Shown here one piece after another: positions 24,102-33,903 of a DNA stretch of 64,000 nt. The notes under the pieces were generated by a model. The model searched no databases, had not been told where the DNA came from, and was given only the letters and a program-made list of their open reading frames with translations. The stretch covers positions 33,488-97,487 of the forward strand of contig CAVRGJ010000003.1 in the NCBI GenBank assembly GCA_963720705.1. Reading direction: 5' to 3'. A program made the position numbers and the translations under genes. Position 1 is the stretch's first letter. Each line of letters opens with the position of its first letter. The DNA comes from an uncultured Alphaproteobacteria bacterium (GTDB lineage Bacteria > Pseudomonadota > Alphaproteobacteria > Rhizobiales > Afifellaceae).

Positions 24102-25536
24102 CGAGAACGGCGTCGAGATCGAGATGCTTTTCGAGATGCGCGGCGAGGCCGTCGAGCGCAGCTTCAACGCCGGCCTCGAAGCGTGCGGTGGAGCGCCCGC
24201 CGAGCCTCTCAAGATAGACGCGGCGAAAGTCGTCGCTGGCGAAGAGCCCGTGCACGTAGGTGCCGGCCACCAGCCCGTCGGGCGAGGTGGCGCCGTCCGC
24301 TCGGGCGCCAATCTCGAGGAACGGCCGCGCACAGTCCGGCCCCTCGCTTCGGCCGAGATGAATCTCGTAGCCTGAAAGGGTTGTGCCGCTTTGCCGGTGC
24401 CGCGCGGAGACTTCTGCCGTGGTCTTGTCGCCGCCGAGCACCGTGTCGACGGCAAGCAGCCCGAGCCCCGCAACCGAGCCGGCCAGGCCCTCGACCCCAT
24501 CGGGGTCCGAGATCGAGCGGCCAAGCATCTGGTAGCCGCCGCAAAGTCCGAGCACGGCGCCGCCACGCCGATGGTGGGCGAGAATGTCGATGTCCCATCC
24601 GGCGCGGCGCAGCGCGGCCAGATCCGCCATCGTCGCTTTCGATCCCGGTATCAGGACCAGGTCGCAATCGCCTGGAATCGCTTGCCCCGGCTCGATCACT
24701 TCGACCGTCACATCAGGTTCCGCATTAAGCGGGTCGAGGTCGTCGAAGTTGGCGATGCGCGGGAGCCGCGGCACGGCGATCTTGATCCGCGCCGCCGGCC
24801 GTTTGCCGGCTGATGACAGGCCGAGCACGTCCTCAGCCGGCAGCCGTGCGGCGTCGGCGAAATGCGGCACGACGCCGAGCGGCGTCCAGCCCGTCCGCTT
24901 CTCGATTTCCGAAAGACCCTCTTCGAAAAGCAGAGGATCGCCACGGAACTTGTTGATAATGAACGCTTTAATCTGAGCTCGTTCCGCCGGTTCGAGCACC
25001 GCGTGCGTCCCGACCATCGCCGCGATCACGCCGCCGCGGTCGATGTCGCCAACGAGCGCGACCGGCACCTTGGCCGCGAGCGCGAACCCCATGTTGGCGA
25101 TGTCGCCGTGGCGGAGATTGATCTCCGCCGGCGAGCCGGCGCCTTCGACGAGCACCAGATCTGCTGCTTGTGCAACCGTCTCAAAACTCTCCAGAACCTT
25201 CGGCAAGAGCTCGGCTTTTCGGCTGCCGTATTCGCGCGCGGAGAGTGTCGCCCAGCGCTTCCCCTGAACGATCACCTGCGCGCCGCGATCCGTCTCCGGC
25301 TTCAAGAGCACCGGGTTCATGTGCACGGACGGCGCCACGCGCGCGGCCCGCGCCTGCAGCATCTGCGCGCGGCCGATCTCGCCGCCCTCGGCAACGCCGG
25401 CGTTGTTCGACATGTTCTGCGGCTTGAACGGCGCGACCTTCAGCCCGCGGTTCGCGAAGGCGCGGCAGAGCCCGGCGACGATCAACGACTTGCCGACATT
25501 TGAGCCGGTGCCCTGGATCATGATGGCGGGCGTCAA
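24076..25536 (-). CDS. cobQ: Cobyric acid synthase
   Basis: 486 aa. [24 protein letters not shown]-terminus and C-terminal GATase motif [10 protein letters not shown]. The 3' end overlaps the cobD 3' end by 26 nt (convergent). Confidence 0.9.
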   Translation of the reverse strand: MTPAIMIQGTGSNVGKSLIVAGLCRAFANRGLKVAPFKPQNMSNNAGVAEGGEIGRAQMLQARAARVAPSVHMNPVLLKPETDRGAQVIVQGKRWATLSAREYGSRKAELLPKVLESFETVAQAADLVLVEGAGSPAEINLRHGDIANMGFALAAKVPVALVGDIDRGGVIAAMVGTHAVLEPAERAQIKAFIINKFRGDPLLFEEGLSEIEKRTGWTPLGVVPHFADAARLPAEDVLGLSSAGKRPAARIKIAVPRLPRIANFDDLDPLNAEPDVTVEVIEPGQAIPGDCDLVLIPGSKATMADLAALRRAGWDIDILAHHRRGGAVLGLCGGYQMLGRSISDPDGVEGLAGSVAGLGLLAVDTVLGGDKTTAEVSARHRQSGTTLSGYEIHLGRSEGPDCARPFLEIGARADGATSPDGLVAGTYVHGLFASDDFRRVYLERLGGRSTARFEAGVEAALDGLAAHLEKHLDLDAVLAIARSRSA

Positions 25537-25570
25537 TGCCGCCCCCTACCGGCCGAGCATGGTTGTCGGC

Positions 25571-26194
25571 TCAGAACTCGATCCCCTTCTGCGCCTTCAC
25601 GCCGGAGCGGAACGGATGCTTCACCTGCTCCATCTCGGTGACGAGGTCGGCCGCCTCGATCAGCGCGTCCTTGGCATTCCGCCCGGTGACGACGACGTGC
25701 TTCATCGGCGGGCGCGCGGCGAGCGCCGCGACCACCTCGTCCGTGTCGAGGTAGTCGTAGCGGAGCACGATGTTGAGCTCGTCGAGCACGACCATCTGGT
25801 GCTCGTCGTCCATGAGGAACACCTTCGCCTTCTCCCAGGCGGCCTCTGCCGCGGCGATGTCGCGGGCGCGGTCCTGCGTCTCCCAGGTGAAGCCCTCGCC
25901 CATCGTCGCGATCGTCACCTCGTCGCCGAATTTCTCCAGCGCCGCGCGCTCTCCGGTCTGCCACTTGCCCTTTACGAACTGCACGATCGCGACCTTCATG
26001 CCGTTGCCGAGCGCACGGAAGACGAGCCCGAAGGCGGCGGTCGACTTCCCCTTGCCCTTGCCGGTGTGAACGATCAGCAAGCCCTTCTCGATCGTTTTCG
26101 TCGCGATGATCTTGTCGCGCGCTTCCTTCTTGCGGCGCATCTTCTCCGCATGCTTGGCGTTGATCTCCGCTTCGCTCATGCCTTCGGTTTTCAT
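25571..26194 (-). CDS. cobO: Cob(I)yrinic acid a,c-diamide adenosyltransferase
   Basis: 207 aa. KGLLIVHTGKGKGKSTAAFG P-loop and LVVLDELN motif. Confidence 0.9.
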   Translation of the reverse strand: MKTEGMSEAEINAKHAEKMRRKKEARDKIIATKTIEKGLLIVHTGKGKGKSTAAFGLVFRALGNGMKVAIVQFVKGKWQTGERAALEKFGDEVTIATMGEGFTWETQDRARDIAAAEAAWEKAKVFLMDDEHQMVVLDELNIVLRYDYLDTDEVVAALAARPPMKHVVVTGRNAKDALIEAADLVTEMEQVKHPFRSGVKAQKGIEF

Positions 26195-26226
26195 GAGATC
26201 ATCCCGTCTACGCTCGCATCAGGAGC

Positions 26227-26324
26227 GTCATTCTCGGGCGCAGCGAAGCGAAGACCCGAGAACCTAGACCGATGGACTGCGGCCTGGGTCCTCGGGTCGG
26301 TGCTGTGCACCGCCCGAGGATGAC
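26227..26324. repeat. REP-like inverted-repeat element, family B
   Basis: gtcattctcgggcgcagcgaagcgaagacccgagaacc (26227-26264) and gggtcctcgggtcggtgctgtgcaccgcccgaggatgac (26286-26324) are near reverse complements. Each arm is itself a hairpin (ctcggg...cccgag). Intergenic between cobN and cobO. Confidence 0.6.
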
Positions 26325-26345
26325 AAAGAGCGTGTGTAGTGTGCT

Positions 26346-29300
26346 TCATGCCGCTATCCTCCCCGCCAAGCGTTGCAGCTCTTCGTAAGCGCTGTTCCTC
26401 CGCGGCGCCCAGAGCCCGCGATCGATCGCTTCGCAGAAGCGTGCCGCAATCTCCTTCAGCGCCGGCGCATTGTTCTCCGCGATGAAGCCGCGCACGGCCG
26501 CGTCCTCGATATAGGCGCTGTGAAGCTGCTCGAAATGATGATGCTTCACGGCATTCGTCGTCGCCGCGAAAGCGAAGAGATAGTCGACGGTCGCAGCGAT
26601 CTCGAAGGCGCCCTTGTAGCCGTGGCGCATGACGCCGGCGATCCATTTCGGGTTCGCCGCGCGGCCGCGCACGACGCGCGCGATCTCCTCGTCGAGCGCG
26701 CGGATGACCGGTCGCTCAGGCCGCGAGTGGTCGTTATGGAAGATGCGCGGCGCTTCGCCTTTAAGCGTCTCCACCGACGCCGCGAGCCCGCCCTCGAACT
26801 GGTAATAGTCGTCGGAATCGAGGAGATCGTGCTCGCGGTTGTCCTGGTTCTGCACCACGGCGTCGGTGGCCTTGAGCCGCGTTTCGAGAAGCGCGCGCGC
26901 CCCCTTTCCCTCCGCGCCGCCGCCATACGCGTAGGCCGACCATTCCAGGAAGGCCGCGGCGAGGTCCTTTCGCTCCGACCATATTCCCTCGTCGATCAGC
27001 GTCTGCAGCCCCGCGCCGTAGGCGCCCGGCTTCGAGCCGAAGACGCGGAACGACGCCGCGCTTAGCGCCTCCGCTTCCGACATGCCCGCTCGGCGAAGCG
27101 CTGCCGCGTCTGCGCCGATGCGCGCGGCGATGGGATTGGCGTCTGCCGGTTCGTCGCGTTCCGCGACCGCCTGCACCGCTTCGTGGAAGAGCGCGATCTG
27201 CGTCGGGAACGCATCGCGGAAGAAGCCGGAGATTCTGAGGCGTCACGTCGATGCGCGGGCGCTTCAGCTCCGATAGGGCCACGACCTCGACGCCGGTCAC
27301 GCGCCGCGAGGCGCCTTCCCAAACCGGGCGCGCCCCGATCAGCGCGAGCGCCTGCGCGATGTCGTCGCCGCCGGTGCGCATGTTCGACGTGCCCCAGACC
27401 GTGAGCGCAATCGCCCGCGGCCATTCGCCCTCGTCCTGGAAATAGCGCTCGGCGAGAAGGTCGGCGGAGCGACGCCCGAGATCGAAGGCGGCCGGTGTCG
27501 GCACGGCGCGCACATCGACGGAATAGAAGTTGCGCCCGGTCGGCAGACAGTCGGTCCGCCCGCGCGTCGGCGCACCGGATGGGCCCGGCGCAACGAATTT
27601 TCCGGAGAGCGCGTTGAGCACGGCCGCGATCTCGCGCGTGCCGGAGCCGTCGAGCGCCGGCGCTATGGTGCTCGCAATCTGGTCGAGCACCGCAGTCGCC
27701 GTCTCTAACCTCCCCCTTGAGGGGGAGGTTAGGGTGCCTCGCTCTTCGACCAGCTTCAGCGCCAATCCTTCCAGTCTTTCCACCGTGTCTCCAACAGTGC
27801 GCCAGGGAGCGCCGCGGCCGTCTCTTTCCCCGCTCCCCAGCCGCCCGCCGCAAGGGGGGAGGGAGTCAGGCCGTGGCCCCTCCCACCGTTCGGCGTAGTC
27901 ACAGGCCAGCGGATCGAAGCCCAATTCCAGATCCGCCGCGAGCGCGCGCAGCAGCGACGCGTCCCCGGCGCGTCCATTTCCGCGCGGCACGCGGGACAGC
28001 GCCACGAGCGTCTCCGCGCGCCGCCTACCCGCCGGCCCCTCGCCGAGCACATGCAGCCCGTCGCGGATCTGCAATTCCTTCAAGTCGCAGATATGCGCGT
28101 CGAGCTTCGAGAGCGCGGCGCCATCACTGATCTTGAAGTCGAGCCCGAGGTCTTTGTCGAAGCCATGCCGCTCGGCGAGGTCCGCGATATCGGCGGCGAC
28201 GCGTTTGGCGCGACGCGGATCGCTCGCCTCGGCTGCCGCGTATTCGTCGATCAGCGCTTCGAGCGCCGCCGCCGGGCCGTAGCTTTCGGCGCGAGCCATC
28301 GCCGGCATCAGATGGTCAACAACGACAGCGGCCGACCGTCGTTTCGCCTGCGCACCCTCGCCCGGATCGTTGACGATGAAGGGATAGATCACCGGCAGCG
28401 CGCCAAGTGTGGCCTCCGGGTAGCAGCTCTCCGAAAGCGCCAGCGCCTTACCCGGCAGCCATTCGAGATTGCCATGCTTGCCCATGTGGACCAGCGCGTC
28501 CGCGCCGAACTCTTCTCGGAGCCAAAAGTAGAACGCGAAATACGAATGCGGCGGGACGAGATCGGGATCGTGATAGCTGGTCTTCGGATCGATGTTGTAG
28601 CCGCGCGCCGGCTGGATTCCGATCACAACATTGCCGAAGCGATGCGCGGGAAGGATGAAGGCGTCGCCTTCGACGAACGGATCGGTGGACGGCGCGCTCC
28701 AGCGAGACGTGACGGCGTTACGGACGGTTTTCGGAAGACCGGCGAAGTGACGGTCGTAGTCGTCGAGCAACAGGCTGACGGCATTGCTCCTGCGGTCTGC
28801 GCGGCCTTGTTGGTTCCGCGCATTCGTCGGTCCTTCGAGCAGCAACGCCATCAGCTCCGCGCCCGTCTCCGGCGCGCCGTCGGCGTTGTATCCGGCATCG
28901 CGCATTGCCTTCAGCACGTTCGCGGTCGAGGCCGGCGCGTCGAGGCCGACGCCATTCGCAATCCTCCCGTCCTTGTTCGGATAGTTGGAGAGCACGATGA
29001 CTATGCGCTTCTGAGCGTTCGGTTTGATGTGCAGCTTCGCCCACCGCGCGGCGAGATCGGCTACGAAAGCGATGCGGTCCGGCTTCGGCTTGTAGCGGAC
29101 CGGCCGGCACTCGGTGAGCAGATCGAGCTCGCCCGCCTCCTTGAATGAGACGGCGCGGGAGATGATCCGCCCGTCCACCTCCGGCAGCACGACGTTCATG
29201 GTGAGGTCAGTCGGCGCGAGCCCGCGCGTCGACGCAGCCCAGGCGTCTTCCGAAATTCCGGCGAAGGTGACCTGGATCACGGGCCGCTCGCCGCCGTCGA

Positions 29301-30114
29301 GAACGGTGCCTTCGAATTCAGCGCCCGGCTGCGATAGCGCGAACGACGTGGCGTTCAGGACGAGCGCCGGTTCATGCTCTGCGAATGCCGCGGCGACGAA
29401 AGCCGCATCTTCCTTCGCCTTCAGGCTCGATACGAAGATCGGCAGCGGATTCAGCCCGCGCTCGCGAAGCGCCTTGCGTAGAGCGTCGACGGGCTCCGTC
29501 TGCCCCGCCTGCATCAGCGCGCGATAGAAGACGATCGCGGCCGTTGGAGATTGGTCGTCGGCGCTAAGGCTCTGCCCATAAGTCCCTGCGCTCGGCAGCG
29601 CCCTCGCCTCTTTCGGCTCTCCGCTCTCACCGATCAGCCACGCACAATATCGAAGGGCATTGCCGAGATTCTCCGCGCCGCCCTCGACGAGGTACGCCCA
29701 GAGCCTCTTCGCCTCTGCCTCTTCGATCGTGCCGTGCGCGGCGAGCGATGAGTCCCAGGTCGCGTCGCCCGGGACGACAATGAGCGTCGTACGGCGCGCC
29801 CGACAAATTCGCATAGCTTCGTCGAGGCCGTACCGCCAGTATGACGCACCGCCGAGCATGCGCACCACCACGAGCTTCGCGTGCTGAAGAACAGCTTCGC
29901 CGTAGAGGTCGACCGAATAGGGATGCGACAGCGCCATCCAGTTGGCGAGGCGCACGCTCGGAAAGTGATCGCCAACTGCTCGCCGCGCCGCCGCCAGTCC
30001 GGATATCTCCGTGTCGGCAGCGGAGAGTATCGTGATATCGCCGGGCGACTGCCCGAGATCGACAGGCTCCGCCTCGCCGGTGATCGTCCGCGGCTGGCCC
30101 TTCAGGAGGTGCAT
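26346..30114 (-). pseudogene. cobN: Cobaltochelatase subunit CobN, interrupted by a +1 frame disruption at about 27240
   Basis: The N-terminal ~960 aa in ORF 26761..30114 is CobN-like up to RPRIDVT. The expected continuation LRISGFFRDAFPTQIALFHEAVQAV...HHHFEQL is in the frame of ORF 26346..27176. Total length 3769 nt = 3n+1. The extra base lies in gacgCCtcag. Confidence 0.9.
27706..27731. repeat. Perfect 11-bp-stem palindrome embedded in-frame in cobN
   Basis: taacctccccc-ttga-gggggaggtta, translated within CobN as ...TLTSPSRGRLE.... A second GGGAGGG/CCCTCCC-type palindromic block lies at about 27828-27885. Confidence 0.6.
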
Positions 30115-30129
30115 GGCCGCTCCATCAGC

Positions 30130-31165
30130 TCAGGCGCCAAGCGCCTTCTCGACGGCCGCGCGATCGAGCCCCTTCAGCCCGATCACCACCAGTCCCGGCT
30201 CACGCGATGAATCGACGAACCAGGTTTCGACGCGCGGTCCCACCGCCTGCACCGCGAGCGGCGCGTCGCGACCTTCGATGACGACGACGCCCTTGATGCG
30301 CAAGACGCCGTCGATCGCCATCGCGCTTTTTCACGCACGCCTCGACGCTCGCTCGGTCGGCAGCGACGACGTCGAGCACGAAGCTGTCGAAATCGTCATG
30401 ATCATGCTCTTCGCCCTCGAGCTCATGGTGGCTCTTGCGATTGTGGCTGTCCGTTTCGGCAGCGGCGGACTGCCCGAGCAGCACGTCGACGGGAATACGG
30501 CCGTGCGCTACCGGAATCGTGCGCGCCGCAGGGCGCCGGTCCTCCGCGATCGCAGCCTCCACCTTCGCAAGACCCGCCGCGTCGACGAGATCGGCCTTCG
30601 ATATAACGATGAGATCCGCGCAGCGGAGCTGGTCCTCGAACAGCTCCTCAACCGGGTCGTCATGCTCGAGCGACAGATCCTTGGCGCGCTGCTCGGCTAG
30701 CTTCGCTTCGTCCGACGCGACGCGTCCTTCCGCCACCGCCGCAGCGTCGATCACGGTCACGACGCCGTCGACGGTGACGCGGTTCCTGACGCTCGGCCAG
30801 GCGAAGGCCTTCACCAGCGGCTGCGGCAGCGCCAAGCCTGATGTCTCGATGACGATGTGGTCGGGCGGCGCGTCGCGCCCGAGGATCGCCTCCATCGCCG
30901 GAAGGAAATCGTCGGCGACCGTGCAGCAGATGCAGCCGTTCGCAAGCTCGATGATTTCGTCGGCGCGGCAGGCATCGCTGCCGCAATCGGCGAGAAGCCC
31001 GCCGTCGAAGCCGACATCGCCGAACTCGTTGACGATAAGTGCGATCCGCCGCCCGCCGGGATTTTGCAGGAGGTGTCGGATCAGCGTCGTCTTGCCGGCG
31101 CCGAGGAAGCCGGTGACGATCGTCGCGGGGATGCGGCCCAGGGTCTCCTTGGCAGCGGCGCTCAT
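30130..31165 (-). pseudogene. cobW: Cobalamin biosynthesis GTPase CobW (COG0523), frame disrupted at 30322-30333
   Basis: GFLGAGKTTL P-loop, GCICCT metal motif and His-rich HELEGEEHDHDD are in ORF 30200..31165. The conserved C-terminus MAIDGVLRIKGVVV...VVIG is in ORF 30130..30321, another frame. The junction is confined to gtgAAAAAgcgcg. Confidence 0.85.
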
Positions 31166-31686
31166 ACTTGCGTTCCTTTCAGAACCAGCGGCAGGCCCGC
31201 CGCCATGAACACGACAAGGTCGGCGGCGCCGGCAAAGGCTTGGTTCAGACGCCCCTGCGCATCGCGGAAGCGACGGCCGAGCGCGTTGTCGGGGACGAGC
31301 CCGAGCCCGACCTCGTTTGAGACAAGGACACGAAGGCCCGCAGCTCGCTTCGCGGCATCGACGAGCCGAAGCGTGCGCGCGTCAACATCGGCACCGGCGA
31401 GCACGAGATTGGAGAGCCAAAGCGTCAGACAATCTACGAGCACCGCCCTCCCCTCGCCCGTTTCGCGCTCCAAAGCCTCTTCGAGCCGATCGGGCGCCTC
31501 GATCGTGCGCCACGCCGGATCGCGACGCGCACGATGGCCTTCGATGCGCGCCGCCATCTCTTCGTCGCCTTTCGTGGCGGTCGCGATATAGACGGTTGGC
31601 AATCCGCTCGCCGCCACGATCCGCTCCGCGTAGGTGCTCTTTCCCGAACGCGCACCGCCGAGAACCAGCACGAGGCTGTTCTTCAT
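31162..31686 (-). CDS. cobU: Adenosylcobinamide kinase / adenosylcobinamide-phosphate guanylyltransferase
   Basis: 174 aa. LVLGGARSGKSTYAE P-loop and LVDCLTLWLSN motif. ATGA overlap with the cobW start. Confidence 0.85.
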   Translation of the reverse strand: MKNSLVLVLGGARSGKSTYAERIVAASGLPTVYIATATKGDEEMAARIEGHRARRDPAWRTIEAPDRLEEALERETGEGRAVLVDCLTLWLSNLVLAGADVDARTLRLVDAAKRAAGLRVLVSNEVGLGLVPDNALGRRFRDAQGRLNQAFAGAADLVVFMAAGLPLVLKGTQV

Positions 31687-31692
31687 TCGGCA

Positions 31693-32421
31693 CTATCCGG
31701 AGCGCGAGAACCGCTCGTAGAAGCCCCCAGACGCGTAGCCGAGCACTGCCCAGAAGATCGCGGTCACGGCAAGCGAAGTCGCAGCGAAGTGGCCGGCGAG
31801 TTCGGCGGGCGCGGTCGAGACGTAGGCGGATGGTTGCGGCGCGCCGACGATATGCGGCAGCGCGATCAGCGCGACGCCGCCGATCTGCACCCACAGTGTC
31901 TTCGAGAGGATCAGCCCGGCGATGCCGACCGCAGTCGATGCGACGGCAAAGAACCACCAGGCCTGCCGCACACCGAGAGCCGCCACGCCGCTTCCCGGAA
32001 TTTCCGGCGGCAGGCCGAGCGCCGGAGCAAGCGAAACGGATATGAAACCGGCGATGCCGAAGGCCAATCCGGTGCGCGCGTTGATGCTGACGCCGGCAAG
32101 CGACATGGCGCCAAGCAGTGCCAGGCCGAAGCCAACACCGAGCACCATCGTCGCCAGCGACGTGAAGAAGGTGCGCTCGAGGCCGTCGGCCGGCTGCCAG
32201 CCTCCGTCTTCGTGCGCGACCGCGGAGTCCGGGGCGGCGGATTCCGTCGCCGCGCTTTGATCATGCGTGGTCGTAGCCATGCCGTGGTCATGCGCGGCAC
32301 CGCCTTCGTATTTCTCCGCTTCGATGATGATCGGGGTCGTCGTCACGTACTGGATGACGGCCGTCAGAACGCCTGCCGCGACGCCCGCCGCGGCGGCGCT
32401 CAAGATCAGAGTCTTGAGCAT
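31693..32421 (-). CDS. cbtA: Cobalt transporter subunit CbtA-like membrane protein
   Basis: 242 aa. N-terminal TM, His-rich loop (GGAAHDHGMATTTHD), 4 further TMs, C-terminal PHIVGAPQP. Sits between cbtB and cobU behind a B12 riboswitch. Confidence 0.75.
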   Translation of the reverse strand: MLKTLILSAAAAGVAAGVLTAVIQYVTTTPIIIEAEKYEGGAAHDHGMATTTHDQSAATESAAPDSAVAHEDGGWQPADGLERTFFTSLATMVLGVGFGLALLGAMSLAGVSINARTGLAFGIAGFISVSLAPALGLPPEIPGSGVAALGVRQAWWFFAVASTAVGIAGLILSKTLWVQIGGVALIALPHIVGAPQPSAYVSTAPAELAGHFAATSLAVTAIFWAVLGYASGGFYERFSRSG

Positions 32422-32428
32422 GGCTGCC

Positions 32429-32602
32429 TCAGTGGCAGGGAAGGCCGAAAGCGTGCCTTGTGTCGTGCGTGGCGTTGTGGAGCGCCATCGGATGCGAGAA
32501 GCCGGCGCCGTAGACGACGAGGATTCCGAAGGCGAGCGCGATAACGGCCGGCCACTTGGAGAACTGGCTGGTCGCGACGACGGTGTTGGCTTGCGTATTC
32601 AT
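32429..32602 (-). CDS. cbtB: Cobalt transporter subunit CbtB-like small membrane protein
   Basis: 57 aa from the ATG at 32602. One TM (WPAVIALAFGILVVYGAGF) and a His-rich tail HPMALHNATHDTRHAFGLPCH. The longer ORF-track version runs into the riboswitch. Confidence 0.75.
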   Translation of the reverse strand: MNTQANTVVATSQFSKWPAVIALAFGILVVYGAGFSHPMALHNATHDTRHAFGLPCH

Positions 32603-32639
32603 CAAGAGACCTCCGTGCCGTCCCTCCGACGGCGGGTTC

Positions 32640-32845
32640 GCAGCGTTCCGGCTCAGGCTGGTCTCCTGGCTCGCGGGTCGTCGCCCAACCCCCGCGCCTT
32701 CCCGTTTCCGGTGGCAGATGCGGATGGGCTCGCCGCTCACAGTTGCGGGGGCAGCTGCGGTATTGGAAGCCCGGCTTGGGTCCTTCCTCACCGCATTCCC
32801 ATTTCATCCCCAAGCGCGTTTTCGCGCCGGCGGGGAACCAGAGCG
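32640..32845 (-). promoter_or_regulatory. Cobalamin (B12) riboswitch upstream of cbtB-cbtA-cobU-cobW-cobN
   Basis: The minus-strand RNA contains ggttcc...aatgggaatgcggtgaggaa...ccgcagctgcccccgcaactgtgagcgg... and the B12 box gagccaggagaccagcc, matching the conserved core of the cobalamin riboswitch. Confidence 0.8.
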
Positions 32846-32919
32846 AATCCATTATGGAGAAAGGCGGCGCGCGCGCAAGCGCCTTCGCCGAACGTTCCGC
32901 GTTCGCGGGTTCGACGCCG

Positions 32920-33237
32920 TCAGGCTTTGGGAGCCCGCGCCGCTCCGTTGCCGTTGCCATTGCCGTTAGCGCGCACACCGAGTCTTGCCGCCGTCGTGGG
33001 ATAGCGGCGGCTGAACCAGACGGCGAAGCGCCGGCGCCAGCGGCGGACGCGCGGGATATCGACGGAGAGGATCAGGAGGCCGGCCGGGATCATCCAGAAG
33101 CCGAGCACCGGGAGAAAGCCGAACGTGCCGAACACCACCAGGACGGAGCCGATCGATATCCGAAGCAGGCGCGAGCGCGGCAACGGCATGCGGTAGCTGC
33201 CGAAACGGACAGAGCCGCCGGAATTGGTGTCTGCCAT
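32920..33237 (-). CDS. Small two-TM membrane protein (PGPGW-like), C-terminal (GN)n tail
   Basis: 105 aa. FGFLPVLGFWMIPAGLLILS hydrophobic hairpin. The tail RANGNGNGNGA is encoded by a hexanucleotide repeat. Confidence 0.5.
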   Translation of the reverse strand: MADTNSGGSVRFGSYRMPLPRSRLLRISIGSVLVVFGTFGFLPVLGFWMIPAGLLILSVDIPRVRRWRRRFAVWFSRRYPTTAARLGVRANGNGNGNGAARAPKA

Positions 33238-33449
33238 GTCGCGTCGCTTCTTTCCGTCCCGGCCAACCGCTTTGTGGCGGCCGCGCCCTGCCCCGGCCTG
33301 GGCCGGTTCCTAAGGCCTGAGTATCACGTTCTAAAGATGGCGCCGCCCGCGGCGTACGGCGAGCCCGGTCCCGGGATCACGAGAGTACCAAACGTATGGC
33401 CCGACCCGCCTTGCGTTGGCAAGCCGGTCTCGCCTATATGCGGCCCTAA

Positions 33450-33525
33450 TCCCCGGTAGCTCAGTCGGTAGAGCAAGCGGCTGTTAACCGCTGGGTCGCT
33501 GGTTCGAGTCCGGCCCGGGGAGCCA
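33450..33525 (+). tRNA. tRNA-Asn (GTT)
   Basis: tccccggtagctcagtcggtagagcaagcggctGTTaaccgctgggtcgctggttcgagtccggcccggggagcca. 7-bp acceptor stem, canonical D and T arms, encoded CCA. Confidence 0.9.
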
Positions 33526-33903
33526 ATTCTTCAACGGGTTGGCTTCGCTGGCCGCGCGAGCACTGCGCGATATCGACTACCTCTCCGCTTTTGATCCCGT
33601 CGCCGAGCTCGATTTGCGCCGGCATTTTGGCGATGCCGGCAAACGCAGCGTGAACTTCCAAGCCAATCCGCCTCACACGCGGCACCCTTGTGGGGCCGAT
33701 TTACAACAGCCGGCCCCTATTTGCATGCAAGCGGGAGGAATCGGGCCGCAGTTGAGGATTGGTCGCCCTGCACGACTTTACATTCGCGGACGGCCTCCGC
33801 ATTCTTGCCGGAGCAGCAAAATTTTCTTGAATTCAGAACAACTTGAGCGGCTCCTTAAGAAGGCCGCACAACCTGAAAACAGGTGTGTCGGGGGCGCTGT
33901 CGA

